A stretch of 64,000 nucleotides of DNA from Faecousia sp. (lineage in GTDB: Bacteria > Bacillota > Clostridia > Oscillospirales > Oscillospiraceae): NCBI GenBank assembly GCA_045589195.1, contig JAZNFY010000003.1, forward strand, positions 13,254 through 77,253, read 5' to 3'. Under the pieces are notes generated by a model. It had not been told where the DNA came from. It did no database searches and saw only the letters and a list, made by a program, of their open reading frames with translations. This document shows positions 9,215 through 18,654 of the stretch, in pieces. Numbering within the stretch: position 1 is the stretch's first letter; every line of letters starts with the position of its first letter. The position numbers and the translations under genes are program-made.

Positions 9215-11686
9215 ATGAAGAAAAATGGACTGCTGGCGCTGGCGGCAATTGGCATAGTTGTGCTGATTGCGGTCTTCCTGTCATTGGGAAGGGATACTAC
9301 CAGATATATTTATAACACATATTCTGCGGAGCTTGCCACCAACTGGAATCCGCACACCTGGCAGAAGGACGCGGATCATGCAGTGCTGCACTATATGGAA
9401 GCGCCGTTGGCGGATTTGACGGTGAAGGACTCGGTCAAGAAAGAGCACCAGTGGATATTTGTTGCCGCTTCTGAGATTGTGGATGTGACCAGAGATCAGC
9501 AGGAGGATCTGATTAAGTATTTCTGCATCCTGCCGAAGGATAAGACAGCACAGGATATGGAGGAAGGCTACGTCTACGAAATCCGTCTGCGCCAGCAGAT
9601 GTGCTGGGATGACGGCACACCCATCAATGCGGATACCTACATTTATTCCATGCAGCAGCTGTTGAATCCCAAAATGAGAAATTATCGGGCCAAGGATTAT
9701 TTTTCCGGTGACGCAGCAATTGCCGGTGCTTACGCCTACTATCACCAGGGAAGCCCCATTTATGACGTGGTCGTGCCGGCCTATGCAGAGGATCAGCAGC
9801 CCGATTATAGCCTGGATCTGACGGACAAAAAGCTTTTTATCAATCTGTCCAGCAAAACCATGACTTTTTCCGGCTGGTCTATTTACGAGGTATTCTGCAA
9901 CAGCAATTATATCGCCAGGGAGGATTACCAGGCGGTGGTTCAGTTTGCAGATGCGGAGGGTTATGTCCGGATCACGGATCAATCCAGACCGGCGGTTTTG
10001 AAGGTTCTGGACGGCTACTGCGCTGCGTTCGGAGAGAGCCTTTACCTGGATGAAGCCAAGACGGCGATAAATGAAAATCTGTACAAGGAGCTTTTGTATT
10101 ATGATACGGGCAGAGTCAGCGAGCCGGTGTCCTATGATACGGTGGGCCTTTATAAGGCAGACGAATATACCATTCGCTATGTGTGTCTGACTGAGTATGA
10201 CCGGGACAACTTTTTGACCTTCTGTATGAACAATTGGCTGGTCAAGGAGGATCTGTACGAGCGCTGCAAGGTGCAGGGTGAAAACGGACAGATCACAACG
10301 ACTTACGGCACTTCTTTGAAAAACACCGCTTCTTATGGGCCATATAAATTGAAGGATGTCACTGGCGAAGAAATGGTTTTTGTTCAGAACGATCAATACT
10401 GGGAATATACCGAAAATAAGGACGGCACACTGTCTTCCACCACCTTCTTCGAGGTAGACGGCAAGACTCAGCCCCAGTTTATGACGGAAAAGATCGTCAT
10501 TAAGAAGATGAGCGACCAGGAGGCTAAAAACGCATTTCTGGCAGGAGAGTTGGATGACTTGGCGTTGATGGGGGAAGATGTGAAAGCCTATGCAGCCTCT
10601 CCCCGGCGGTATCATGTGGACGAGACCTATACCATGCGGCTGTTCTTCCATACTGCGTTGGAATCTTTGCAGGCGATGGATCAGGCCGGTACCAATGTTA
10701 ACGGTGTGGTGCTGTCCAATGAGAAGTTCCGAAAGGCATTTTCTCTGGCGATTCAGCGGTCCGAGTTTGTTTCTGCCACTGCCGGATTTAAGCCTGCGTT
10801 TTATCTGATCAACACCCGGTATTATTACGATGTTTATCAGAATCCTCTTTCCGTTTATCGGGATACGCCCGCTGCGAAACAGTCCATCTGTGAGCTGTAC
10901 GGTGTTTCCTATGGCGAGGGAACGGACTATGCCACATTGGATGAGGCCTATGCTTCCATTACCGGTTATGATCTGACCAAGGCCCAGGCACTTATGACGG
11001 AGGCTTGCGCAGAACTGGTGGATGCGGGCTTGTATACTGAGGGTGAAAATATTACCATTCGGTTGGCGCTGTCTGCCGCAGCTGCCGATGCGTATGATCT
11101 GCAACAGGTGGAGCTGCTGAATCGGTATATCAATGCGGCGGTGGAAGGCTCCGGATTTGGCCAGGTGCAGATCGTACCGGTGGACAATCTGAAAGACCGG
11201 TATGCGGATGTTGCCAACGGCGTATACGCTATGGGGCGTGGAGCGTGGGGCGGCGCAGCATTTTATCCGTTTAATATGTTCCGCTGCTATTGCGATCCTA
11301 CTTATGCGGATCTGCATGAGGCAGGTTGCTATGACCCCACAACCGAAACACTGACTCTGACGGTGGGAGATGAGAAGGTCACCATGACCTGGCAGCAGTG
11401 GTCTACCTGTATGGTGGGCGCCGGTAAATATGCGGATGCTTCCAATGAAGTGAAGCTGCAGATCCTGAGCCAGTTGGAGAAGGCGTTTTTAGGCAAGTAT
11501 TACTGTATTCCTCTGTGCAGCAATACCGCTTCGTCCATGCTGTCTTATAAAACCGATTACTTTACCGAAAATTACAGCATTATGTACGGTTTCGGCGGCA
11601 TGCGGCTGATGACTTATAATTACACCAATGCCCAATGGAAGGAATTTGTGAAGGATTCAGGCGGCACGCTCAGTTACCAAGAATGA
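9215..11686 (+). CDS. ABC substrate-binding protein, family 5 (OppA-like), enlarged
   Basis: YEIRLRQQMCWDDGTPINADTYIYS, SYGPYKL, FRKAFSLAI motifs; N-terminal hydrophobic helix. Confidence 0.85.
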   Translation: MKKNGLLALAAIGIVVLIAVFLSLGRDTTRYIYNTYSAELATNWNPHTWQKDADHAVLHYMEAPLADLTVKDSVKKEHQWIFVAASEIVDVTRDQQEDLIKYFCILPKDKTAQDMEEGYVYEIRLRQQMCWDDGTPINADTYIYSMQQLLNPKMRNYRAKDYFSGDAAIAGAYAYYHQGSPIYDVVVPAYAEDQQPDYSLDLTDKKLFINLSSKTMTFSGWSIYEVFCNSNYIAREDYQAVVQFADAEGYVRITDQSRPAVLKVLDGYCAAFGESLYLDEAKTAINENLYKELLYYDTGRVSEPVSYDTVGLYKADEYTIRYVCLTEYDRDNFLTFCMNNWLVKEDLYERCKVQGENGQITTTYGTSLKNTASYGPYKLKDVTGEEMVFVQNDQYWEYTENKDGTLSSTTFFEVDGKTQPQFMTEKIVIKKMSDQEAKNAFLAGELDDLALMGEDVKAYAASPRRYHVDETYTMRLFFHTALESLQAMDQAGTNVNGVVLSNEKFRKAFSLAIQRSEFVSATAGFKPAFYLINTRYYYDVYQNPLSVYRDTPAAKQSICELYGVSYGEGTDYATLDEAYASITGYDLTKAQALMTEACAELVDAGLYTEGENITIRLALSAAAADAYDLQQVELLNRYINAAVEGSGFGQVQIVPVDNLKDRYADVANGVYAMGRGAWGGAAFYPFNMFRCYCDPTYADLHEAGCYDPTTETLTLTVGDEKVTMTWQQWSTCMVGAGKYADASNEVKLQILSQLEKAFLGKYYCIPLCSNTASSMLSYKTDYFTENYSIMYGFGGMRLMTYNYTNAQWKEFVKDSGGTLSYQE

Positions 11687-11714
11687 AAAATGGCTGCCAC
11701 TGGCAGCCGTTTTT
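11686..11714 (+). terminator. Intrinsic terminator
   Basis: TGGCTGCCA-C-TGGCAGCCG followed by TTTTT. Confidence 0.8.
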
Positions 11715-11786
11715 CGGTTATGGGTCTTGTGTGTCCGGTGGAAATGGTGTATAATGAAAAAACTACCTGTGTAAAGGAGACTCATC

Positions 11787-13088
11787 ATGGCGTTTGACAA
11801 TGACGAATTAAATAAGCGCCGTGAAGAGCGGGAGCAGGAGCGAAAAATTGCCCAGACCCAGAATAAACTGCTGAAAATCGGCGTGATCATTACGGCGGTG
11901 ACGATGGTGCTTTGTGCCGCGGCGTTGCTGATCACTAAGGGCTTGGTGAACCGTCCGCTGCCGGAGGATCCCAATTTGCAAAGTCCGCCCAGTTCGTCAG
12001 AATCGGAAACCACCCAGGAAACGGAGCCTGTACCTCAGGTGCCGGATCAGGTGATCCATTTTGTAGCCGGCGGCGACTTGAATGTGACGGATAAGACCGT
12101 TGCTGCCGGTACTGCGGTGAGCGGTTATGATTATACATCCGCATTTATGGATGTGGCGGCAATTTTAGGCGGAGCAGATTTGGCGGCGCTGAATTTTGAG
12201 GGTAGCCTTTTTGGCGCGCCCTATGGCACGGAGCATAAATCTGCGCCGGTACAGATGGTGCAGGCGCTGCGCAATGCAGGCGTGGATCTGATCCAGGCGG
12301 CTAATTCCCAAAGCGTAGTCAACGGACTTTCCGGTCTGCGGAGTACGTTGCAGGCCATTCGTTCTGTGGGCATTGAGCCTTTGGGCGCGTATGCTTCGCC
12401 GGAGGAATTCCGGGAGTCCGGCGGGTTTATAATCCGCAATGTTCAGGGAATCCGGGTGGCCATCGTGGCCTTTACCAAGGGCATGGACGGAATGGGCTTG
12501 CCTGAGGGGAATGAAGATTGCGTTAACCTGCTTTATAAGGATTATAACAGCGCCTATCAGCAGGTGGATACGCAGGGGATCAAGGAAATTTTGCAGGATG
12601 TGCAGGATCAGAAGCCGGACGTAACCATTGCGCTGCTTCACTGGGGAAGTGAATATAACAGTAAAATCAGCACCACCCAGGAGACCATTACCAAGCTCAT
12701 GCTGGAACAGGGAGTGGATGCGATCATCGGAAGTCACTCACATTACGTGCAAAAGGCGGTTTTTGATCCAAATAAGGGCACGTTGGTTGCATATTCTTTG
12801 GGCGATTTCTTCGGCGATGCGGAAAATGCCGGTACGGATTATTCGGTGCTGCTGGATTTGGAGATCACCAAAAACGGCGCAACCGGACAGTGCAGGATTA
12901 CGGGTGTGGAATATATTCCCATTTTTACCCTGGATGAAACGCAAATCGGCGGAAGCATGCGTGTGGTGCGGATCCGGGAAGCCATGGCGGCTTACGAAAG
13001 CAATTATATCAGCAAGATTTCTGAGGATGCGTATCTTGCTATGAAAAATGCCATGGAAAAGATCACGCCCAGAATGGAGCTTTCTTAA
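11787..13088 (+). CDS. CapA/PgsA-family metallophosphatase-fold protein with N-terminal TM anchor
   Basis: AGGDL, NFEG, ANSQ, LHWGSEY, IIGSHSHYVQ, YSLGDF. Confidence 0.88.
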   Translation: MAFDNDELNKRREEREQERKIAQTQNKLLKIGVIITAVTMVLCAAALLITKGLVNRPLPEDPNLQSPPSSSESETTQETEPVPQVPDQVIHFVAGGDLNVTDKTVAAGTAVSGYDYTSAFMDVAAILGGADLAALNFEGSLFGAPYGTEHKSAPVQMVQALRNAGVDLIQAANSQSVVNGLSGLRSTLQAIRSVGIEPLGAYASPEEFRESGGFIIRNVQGIRVAIVAFTKGMDGMGLPEGNEDCVNLLYKDYNSAYQQVDTQGIKEILQDVQDQKPDVTIALLHWGSEYNSKISTTQETITKLMLEQGVDAIIGSHSHYVQKAVFDPNKGTLVAYSLGDFFGDAENAGTDYSVLLDLEITKNGATGQCRITGVEYIPIFTLDETQIGGSMRVVRIREAMAAYESNYISKISEDAYLAMKNAMEKITPRMELS

Positions 13089-13097
13089 ACAGGACAC

Positions 13098-13125
13098 AAG
13101 GACCGGCTGTTAAGCCGGTCCTTTT
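13098..13125 (+). terminator. Intrinsic terminator after CapA gene
   Basis: AAGGACCGGCT-GTTA-AGCCGGTCCTTTT. Confidence 0.85.
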
Positions 13126-13126
13126 C

Positions 13127-13154
13127 AGATACAAAATATGAGATACAAGATATG
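13127..13154. repeat. 14-bp imperfect tandem duplication
   Basis: AGATACAAAATATG / AGATACAAGATATG. Confidence 0.75.
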
Positions 13155-13215
13155 TCGGATTTTTTGTGTGCTCAACGCCCTCCACTGGGGGAAAGCTTTT
13201 GGAGCAATGGTGTTT

Positions 13216-14643
13216 TTACAGATACTTTTCTAGTTCCATAAAGGTGGGGGCAATGTACTTTTCAGAGTCATGCAGCAGGAATTTCCATAGCTTTCTGGCC
13301 GCCTTGGTATCCGCACCAATGGGGTAAGCCAGTAGCGCTTCGTACAGATCCTTGGCATCACCGCTGCCGCAAGCATTTGCCAACAGGGTCTGATGAATTG
13401 CCAGAGAAGAGAGCATACCCAAAACAGAGGTCGGAACTTTTAAGTCTTTCACAGGATGGATACCGTCTTTGTCTACAATGTGGGTAAACTCACAGGCTAA
13501 ACCTTCCTCAAAGTTGACGATATTGCCGTCGTTGATAGAACTGATCGCAACACGCATTGGTCGAATACCGGCCAGACCGCATAAGATCATGGATTGCACA
13601 TCGCCTCCGGGAGGCATATGAAATACATGGTTGGTAGGATCGTTCCAGGGAATCTCGTCGGCGGGCATTTTAGCCCACTTAGTAAATTGAAGATTTGCTT
13701 CCGCACGAACAGCCAGAGCTTCTTTCATCTCTTTGTCGAATTGGGTACTGCTGCTATCGTTCAGAGCGGTGCCTTCTTCGTTCAACGCCAGTGTCCGGAA
13801 GGACTTTACTGCCTGTTCGTGGTAGAAGTGGTTGATGCCATCACCCTCGTTGGAGAATAACAATGCATGTCTGTTTTGGAAGAAGGCAATGATCTGTTCT
13901 AAGCCGTTTCGCATTTGTTTAACCAAATGTGGCGCCTTATCCGCAGAGAAGTTCACCAATTTTGGAGCGTTGGGGGCTTCCTGAATACGTGCCTCTATCA
14001 GTTTGAACAGATCAGCCCCGTCCAATGTACCGTTGGTAATAAAGCTCAGGTGGTTGATACCGGCTACATCTACTACATAATTGGGGTTGGGAGCATCGTT
14101 GCCGGTGAGAATACGATTCAGATCCCACTGGTGATTGTTAAAGCCTTCGCATACACCATAGCATTCAATGGAAGTATACTGACGTACCATTGCGGAAAGA
14201 ACACTGACAGGGTTTGCAAAGTCCAGCAAAATCGCCTTTGGGCACATAACCTCCATGCGTTTTGCCACATTCATCAAAATGGGAGCGCCACGCAGAGCCA
14301 GAAAAGCACCGGAATAGGATAAATTGTCAGAGCCAATAAATCCCAAGTCATAACTGGCAATACTCTGACGGCTCATCATATCAAAAGGACCGGCCAGCAA
14401 GGTCACACTGACAACATCAGCATTTTCCAGAGCTTCGTCTAGGTTTAAATCCCAGGAAATCTTGACAGGACTTTTCCGGTACTCCGGACTCTTGGACAAT
14501 AAAGAGGCCATATCTTCTGCACGTTGCTTGTTTAAATCGTAAACTCGAATTTCTCCACCATTTGCAAAAACGCCATCACGCAGTGCGCAACGAGCTGTGG
14601 ATAGAAGACGGTGGGCTCCACCGCCGATCATGGTAAAGATCAT
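13216..14643 (-). CDS. Glycoside hydrolase family 4 (NAD+/Mn2+-dependent), divergent
   Basis: Rossmann IGGGA, ALENADVV, FANPV, GVCEG (metal Cys), GINH (metal His), C-terminal ALLAYP; AAGGAG RBS fits ATG 14643. Confidence 0.85.
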   Translation of the reverse strand: MIFTMIGGGAHRLLSTARCALRDGVFANGGEIRVYDLNKQRAEDMASLLSKSPEYRKSPVKISWDLNLDEALENADVVSVTLLAGPFDMMSRQSIASYDLGFIGSDNLSYSGAFLALRGAPILMNVAKRMEVMCPKAILLDFANPVSVLSAMVRQYTSIECYGVCEGFNNHQWDLNRILTGNDAPNPNYVVDVAGINHLSFITNGTLDGADLFKLIEARIQEAPNAPKLVNFSADKAPHLVKQMRNGLEQIIAFFQNRHALLFSNEGDGINHFYHEQAVKSFRTLALNEEGTALNDSSSTQFDKEMKEALAVRAEANLQFTKWAKMPADEIPWNDPTNHVFHMPPGGDVQSMILCGLAGIRPMRVAISSINDGNIVNFEEGLACEFTHIVDKDGIHPVKDLKVPTSVLGMLSSLAIHQTLLANACGSGDAKDLYEALLAYPIGADTKAARKLWKFLLHDSEKYIAPTFMELEKYL

Positions 14644-14718
14644 GCTACACATTCTCCTTAAATAATAATCGCTTAGAATTGGTCAAGTTTGTAAGAGTTT
14701 AATCGTTTTCACAACGTA

Positions 14719-14747
14719 AAGATAGCACAAGTACTTCTGTTTTTCAA
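14719..14747 (-). promoter_or_regulatory. Sigma-A promoter of GH4 gene
   Basis: Minus strand TTGAAA-17 nt-TATCTT with TG extension; cre/LacI-like TGAAAACGATTAAA just downstream (14698-14711). Confidence 0.65.
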
Positions 14748-14775
14748 TATATTTTTCAATATATTTTTCAATATA
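14740..14775. repeat. 3 x 12-bp perfect tandem repeat TTTTTCAATATA
   Basis: Read directly; each unit contains TTGAAA on the minus strand. Confidence 0.9.
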
Positions 14776-14817
14776 AATAACAACGGCGGCTTTGCTTTTT
14801 TGGGAGCTTGGTTTTTC

Positions 14818-14872
14818 CCTCTGGCTTTGCCATTCTGCAAAGCCACCTCCCTCACAAGCGCGGGAGGCAAGG
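14818..14872. repeat. REP-like double-hairpin intergenic element
   Basis: TGGCTTTGC-cattct-GCAAAGCCA abutting CCTCCC-tcacaagcgc-GGGAGG; no U-tail. Confidence 0.5.
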
Positions 14873-14887
14873 AGTGGTGGTGATTAG

Positions 14888-14919
14888 AAAAACCCGGCAG
14901 GCGATTGCCTGCCGGGTTT
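14888..14919 (-). terminator. Terminator of pur operon
   Basis: AAACCCGGCAGGC-GATT-GCCTGCCGGGTTT with T-run on the minus strand. Confidence 0.85.
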
Positions 14920-14938
14920 ACATAACTTTTTGTTGCGC

Positions 14939-17900
14939 TTATCCGCGGAAGCATTTCACCGCAGACTGGAACAGCTTCATGTCGTACTCGCCGGGGACGT
15001 TCCGGTACAGACCCTTTTGCCAGCGCTCGCTGTGGCCCATCTTGCCCAGCACTCTGCCGTCGGGAGAGGTGATGCCCTCGATGGCGAACAGAGAACCGTT
15101 GGGGTTGAAGGCGGTATCCATGGTGGGGTTGCCGTCCAAATCCACGTACTGGGTGGCGATCTGTCCGTTGGCGGCCAGCTGCATGGCCAGATCTTCGCTG
15201 GCGAAGAAGCGGCCCTCGCCGTGGGAGATGGGCACACTGTAAATCTCGCCCACTTCCGTGCCTGCCAGCCAGGGGCTCTTGTTGGTGCACACCCGGGTGC
15301 GTACCATCTTGGACTGGTGGCGGGCAATGGTGTTGTAGGTCAGGGTGGGGCACTGGTCGTCGGTGTCGATGATCTTGCCGTAGGGCACAAGACCCAGTTT
15401 GATCAGCGCCTGGAAGCCGTTGCAGATACCCAGCATCAAGCCGTCCCGATCATCCAGCAGCCGGGTCACTTGCTCTTTGATTTCCGGATTCCGGAAGAAA
15501 GCGGTGATGAATTTGGCAGAACCGTCGGGTTCGTCACCGCCGGAGAAGCCGCCGGGTATGAAGATCATCTGGCTCTGGGCGATCTTGGCTGCAAACTGCT
15601 CGATGCTCCGGGTCACGTCCTCAGCGCTGAGGTTGCGCACCACGAAGATCTCCGGATCGGCGCCGGCAGAAAGCATTGCCCGGGCAGAATCGTACTCGCA
15701 GTTGGTGCCGGGGAATACGGGGATCAGAACCTTGGGTTTGGCGACCTTTACCGCGGGAGCGGCCAGGCTCTTTCCGGTGTAGCCAAATACGGGGATTTCT
15801 GCGGCTTTTTCCGCAGCCCGGGTGGGATACACTTTTTCCAGAACGCTTTCGTTGAGGGAAAGAAGCTCGCTGATGGATGCCCGGTCACCGTCCAGATCGA
15901 TCACAGGCTCGGAAGCGGTGGTGCCGATCTTTGTGACGCCGGGAAGAGTCACATCCTCTGTCAGCTCGGCGACAATGGTGCCCCAGAGGGTCCGGTGCCA
16001 CTGATTCTTGACTGCGCCGCAGGAGATGAAGCCGATGTTATTACCGAAGGACATCTTCATGACGGCTTCGCCCAGACCGTTTTCAACTGCCCAAGCGGCC
16101 TTGACTTTACCCTTTAAGTGCAGGTCGTGGAAGGCTTCCCAAGCGGCTTTCGTGCTCTCAGCGCCATCGTTTGCCGCGCCAAACAGGTATACCGGGTTGC
16201 CGGCGGCCTTAAATTCGGGGGACAGAACCTGCTGCTGATCAATGGGCGCGATGGCAAAGGAGATCAGCGTGGGAGGCACGTCATAGTCGAGGAAGGTGCC
16301 GGACATGGAGTCCTTACCGCCGATGGCCGCAGCGCCCAGCTCCATTTGGGCATCCAGAGCGCCCAGCAGCGCCGCAAAGGGCTTGCCCCAGCGGGTGGGC
16401 TCATTCCGCAGTTTCTCAAAGAATTCCTGCAAGGAAAGGTATGTTTTCTTATAGTCAGCGCCGGCGGCAACCAGTTTGGACACGCTGCTGTAAATGGCGG
16501 CGCGGGCGCCGGTATAGGGATCGACGCTCATGTGGTCCGGATCCATGCCCCAGGCAAATACGCTGCCCTGGTCGGTAACCTGGCCGGGCAAAACGGGCAG
16601 AGTGGCTGCCATAGCCTGGGCGGGAGTGCGCTGGGTTTTGCCGCCGAAGGGCATGAGCACAGAGCCGGTGCCGATGCTGCCGTCAAAACGTTCCACCAGA
16701 CCTCTGCGGCTGGCGGTTTTCAGATCTGCCGCCATTTCCCGGAGAGAACCGTACATGGCCTTGCTCAGAGCGGACAAATCCTTTTTGGCAATTTCCACAG
16801 TGGCGTGTTTGCTGGCGCCGTTGGTATCCAGGAACGCCCGGGACAGGTTGGCAATTTCCGCGCCCTTCCAGCTCATGACCATGCGGGCCTGCTCCGTAAC
16901 TACGGCAACCCGGTAGGCTTCCAGATTTTCTTCCTGGGCATAGGCGATAAAGGTATCTGCGTCATCAGCTGCAACCACTACGGCCATACGCTCCTGGGAT
17001 TCGGAAATGGCGATTTCGGTGCCGTCCAGGCCGTCGTATTTCTTGCGGACCGCATCCAGGTCGATCCGCAGACCGTCAGCCAATTCGCCGATGGCAACGG
17101 GCACGCCGCCGGCACCAAAGTCGTTACAGCGCTTAATCAGCCGGGTGACGTTGGGGTTGCGGAACAGCCGCTGGATTTTCCGTTCCTCGGGGGCGTTGCC
17201 CTTCTGGACTTCGGAAGCCATGGTGGTCAGAGATTTTAAGTTGTGGCTCTTGCTGGAACCGGTGGCACCGCCGATGCCGTCACGGCCGGTGCGGCCGCCA
17301 AGCAGAACGATCACGTCACCGGGGGCCGGGCGTTCCCGACGCACATTGTAGGCCGGGGCAGCGGCAACCACAGCGCCGCATTCCAAACGCTTGGCAACAT
17401 ACCCGTCGTGGTAAATTTCTGCCACGTGACCGGTGGCAAGGCCGGTTTGGTTACCGTAGGAAGAGTAACCGGCGGCAGGGGTCTGACAGAGCTTGCGCTG
17501 GGGCAGCTTGCCGGACAGAGTTTGGCTCAGAGATTTCCGGGGGTCGGCTGCGCCGGTGACGCGCATGGCCTGGTGCACATAGGCACGACCGGACAGGGGG
17601 TCGCGGATACAGCCGCCGATACAGGTGGCAGCGCCGCCAAAGGGCTCGATCTCCGTGGGGTGATTGTGGGTTTCGTTCTTAAACATCAGGAGCCAGTCCT
17701 GGTCTTCACCGTCCACCTTGGCGGTGACATGAATGGAGCAGGCGTTGATCTCTTCGCTTTCGTCCAGTTCCGGAAGCAGACCACGCTTTTTCAGCGTTTT
17801 AGTGCCGATGGTGGCTACGTCCATGAGAGTCTGGGGACGTTTGGCGGCTTTTTCTTCGCCGTAGACTTCGATCCGGGCGGCCAGATACCGCTCATAAGCG

Positions 17901-18628
17901 GCCTGCACGGCGGGATCGTCGATTTTTACATTGTCAATGTGAGTGGAGAAGGTGGTGTGGCGGCAATGGTCAGACCAGTAGGTATCCACCACCCGGATTT
18001 CAGTGATGGTAGGATCCCGATGCTCCTGATCCCGGAAATAGTCTTGCAGGAAACGGAGGTCGTCCAGATCCATGGCAAGACCTAAGCTGTCCAGCAGATC
18101 AGAAAGGGCCTTTTCGTCCATGGCGATAAAGCCGGTGACCGTGGCAACACTTTGGGGAATGGCGTATTCCACAGCCAGCGTTTCCGGCAGGTCAAGGCTG
18201 GCTTCCCGGCATTCCACCGGGTTAATGACATGCTTTTTGATGGCGGCAATTTGCTCGTCAGTCAAATTACCTTCCAGCACGTAGACCTTGGCGGAACGGA
18301 CGGTGGGGCGGTCGCACTGACTCAGAATCTGGATACACTGGGCGGCAGAGTCTGCCCGCTGGTCAAACTGACCGGGCAGAGGCTCCACGGCAAAGACCAC
18401 CTGACCATTGGGAACGTCAAAGGAGACAGTGTCCACCTGAGGCTCGGAGAAAACGGTATTTACGGCATAGTCAAACAGCTGTCGGTCCAAGTTTTCTGCA
18501 TCATAACGGTTCAGCACCCGCACAGAGGACAGCGCCTGAATTTGCAGAAAATCCCGGATCTCCTGCATCAGACCGTCCGCTTCGTGGGTCTGGCCCTGCT
18601 TTTTTTCTACATATACACGGTAAACCAT
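14939..18628 (-). CDS. purL: Phosphoribosylformylglycinamidine synthase, large fused type
   Basis: WSDHCRH, KNETHNHPT, SESQERM, PGGFSGGD, LGICNGFQ, MGHSER. Confidence 0.97.
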   Translation of the reverse strand: MVYRVYVEKKQGQTHEADGLMQEIRDFLQIQALSSVRVLNRYDAENLDRQLFDYAVNTVFSEPQVDTVSFDVPNGQVVFAVEPLPGQFDQRADSAAQCIQILSQCDRPTVRSAKVYVLEGNLTDEQIAAIKKHVINPVECREASLDLPETLAVEYAIPQSVATVTGFIAMDEKALSDLLDSLGLAMDLDDLRFLQDYFRDQEHRDPTITEIRVVDTYWSDHCRHTTFSTHIDNVKIDDPAVQAAYERYLAARIEVYGEEKAAKRPQTLMDVATIGTKTLKKRGLLPELDESEEINACSIHVTAKVDGEDQDWLLMFKNETHNHPTEIEPFGGAATCIGGCIRDPLSGRAYVHQAMRVTGAADPRKSLSQTLSGKLPQRKLCQTPAAGYSSYGNQTGLATGHVAEIYHDGYVAKRLECGAVVAAAPAYNVRRERPAPGDVIVLLGGRTGRDGIGGATGSSKSHNLKSLTTMASEVQKGNAPEERKIQRLFRNPNVTRLIKRCNDFGAGGVPVAIGELADGLRIDLDAVRKKYDGLDGTEIAISESQERMAVVVAADDADTFIAYAQEENLEAYRVAVVTEQARMVMSWKGAEIANLSRAFLDTNGASKHATVEIAKKDLSALSKAMYGSLREMAADLKTASRRGLVERFDGSIGTGSVLMPFGGKTQRTPAQAMAATLPVLPGQVTDQGSVFAWGMDPDHMSVDPYTGARAAIYSSVSKLVAAGADYKKTYLSLQEFFEKLRNEPTRWGKPFAALLGALDAQMELGAAAIGGKDSMSGTFLDYDVPPTLISFAIAPIDQQQVLSPEFKAAGNPVYLFGAANDGAESTKAAWEAFHDLHLKGKVKAAWAVENGLGEAVMKMSFGNNIGFISCGAVKNQWHRTLWGTIVAELTEDVTLPGVTKIGTTASEPVIDLDGDRASISELLSLNESVLEKVYPTRAAEKAAEIPVFGYTGKSLAAPAVKVAKPKVLIPVFPGTNCEYDSARAMLSAGADPEIFVVRNLSAEDVTRSIEQFAAKIAQSQMIFIPGGFSGGDEPDGSAKFITAFFRNPEIKEQVTRLLDDRDGLMLGICNGFQALIKLGLVPYGKIIDTDDQCPTLTYNTIARHQSKMVRTRVCTNKSPWLAGTEVGEIYSVPISHGEGRFFASEDLAMQLAANGQIATQYVDLDGNPTMDTAFNPNGSLFAIEGITSPDGRVLGKMGHSERWQKGLYRNVPGEYDMKLFQSAVKCFRG

Positions 18629-18654
18629 GGATGAACCTCCATTTGTTAATTTCA

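Noticed and set aside
9281-11317. 678-aa antisense ORF, and similar long shadow ORFs (45524-47485, 53403-54887, 28296-29756, 37588-38880, 19994-21202, 14930-18085)
   Set aside because: They lie opposite well-supported genes, have no motifs or RBS, and are expected from biased codon usage in GC-rich DNA
11787-13088. Poly-gamma-glutamate capsule locus
   Set aside because: Only a CapA-family gene is present, with no capB/capC; stand-alone CapA proteins are common
14740-14775. Repeat considered as a CRISPR or iteron array
   Set aside because: Units are contiguous with no spacers, and there is no cas or rep gene
17090-17480. Apparent non-consensus residues in PurL (GGVPVA, QTPAAG, NQTG), suggesting decay
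   Set aside because: The frame and catalytic motifs are intact; strain variation or base-call errors cannot be excluded without an alignment
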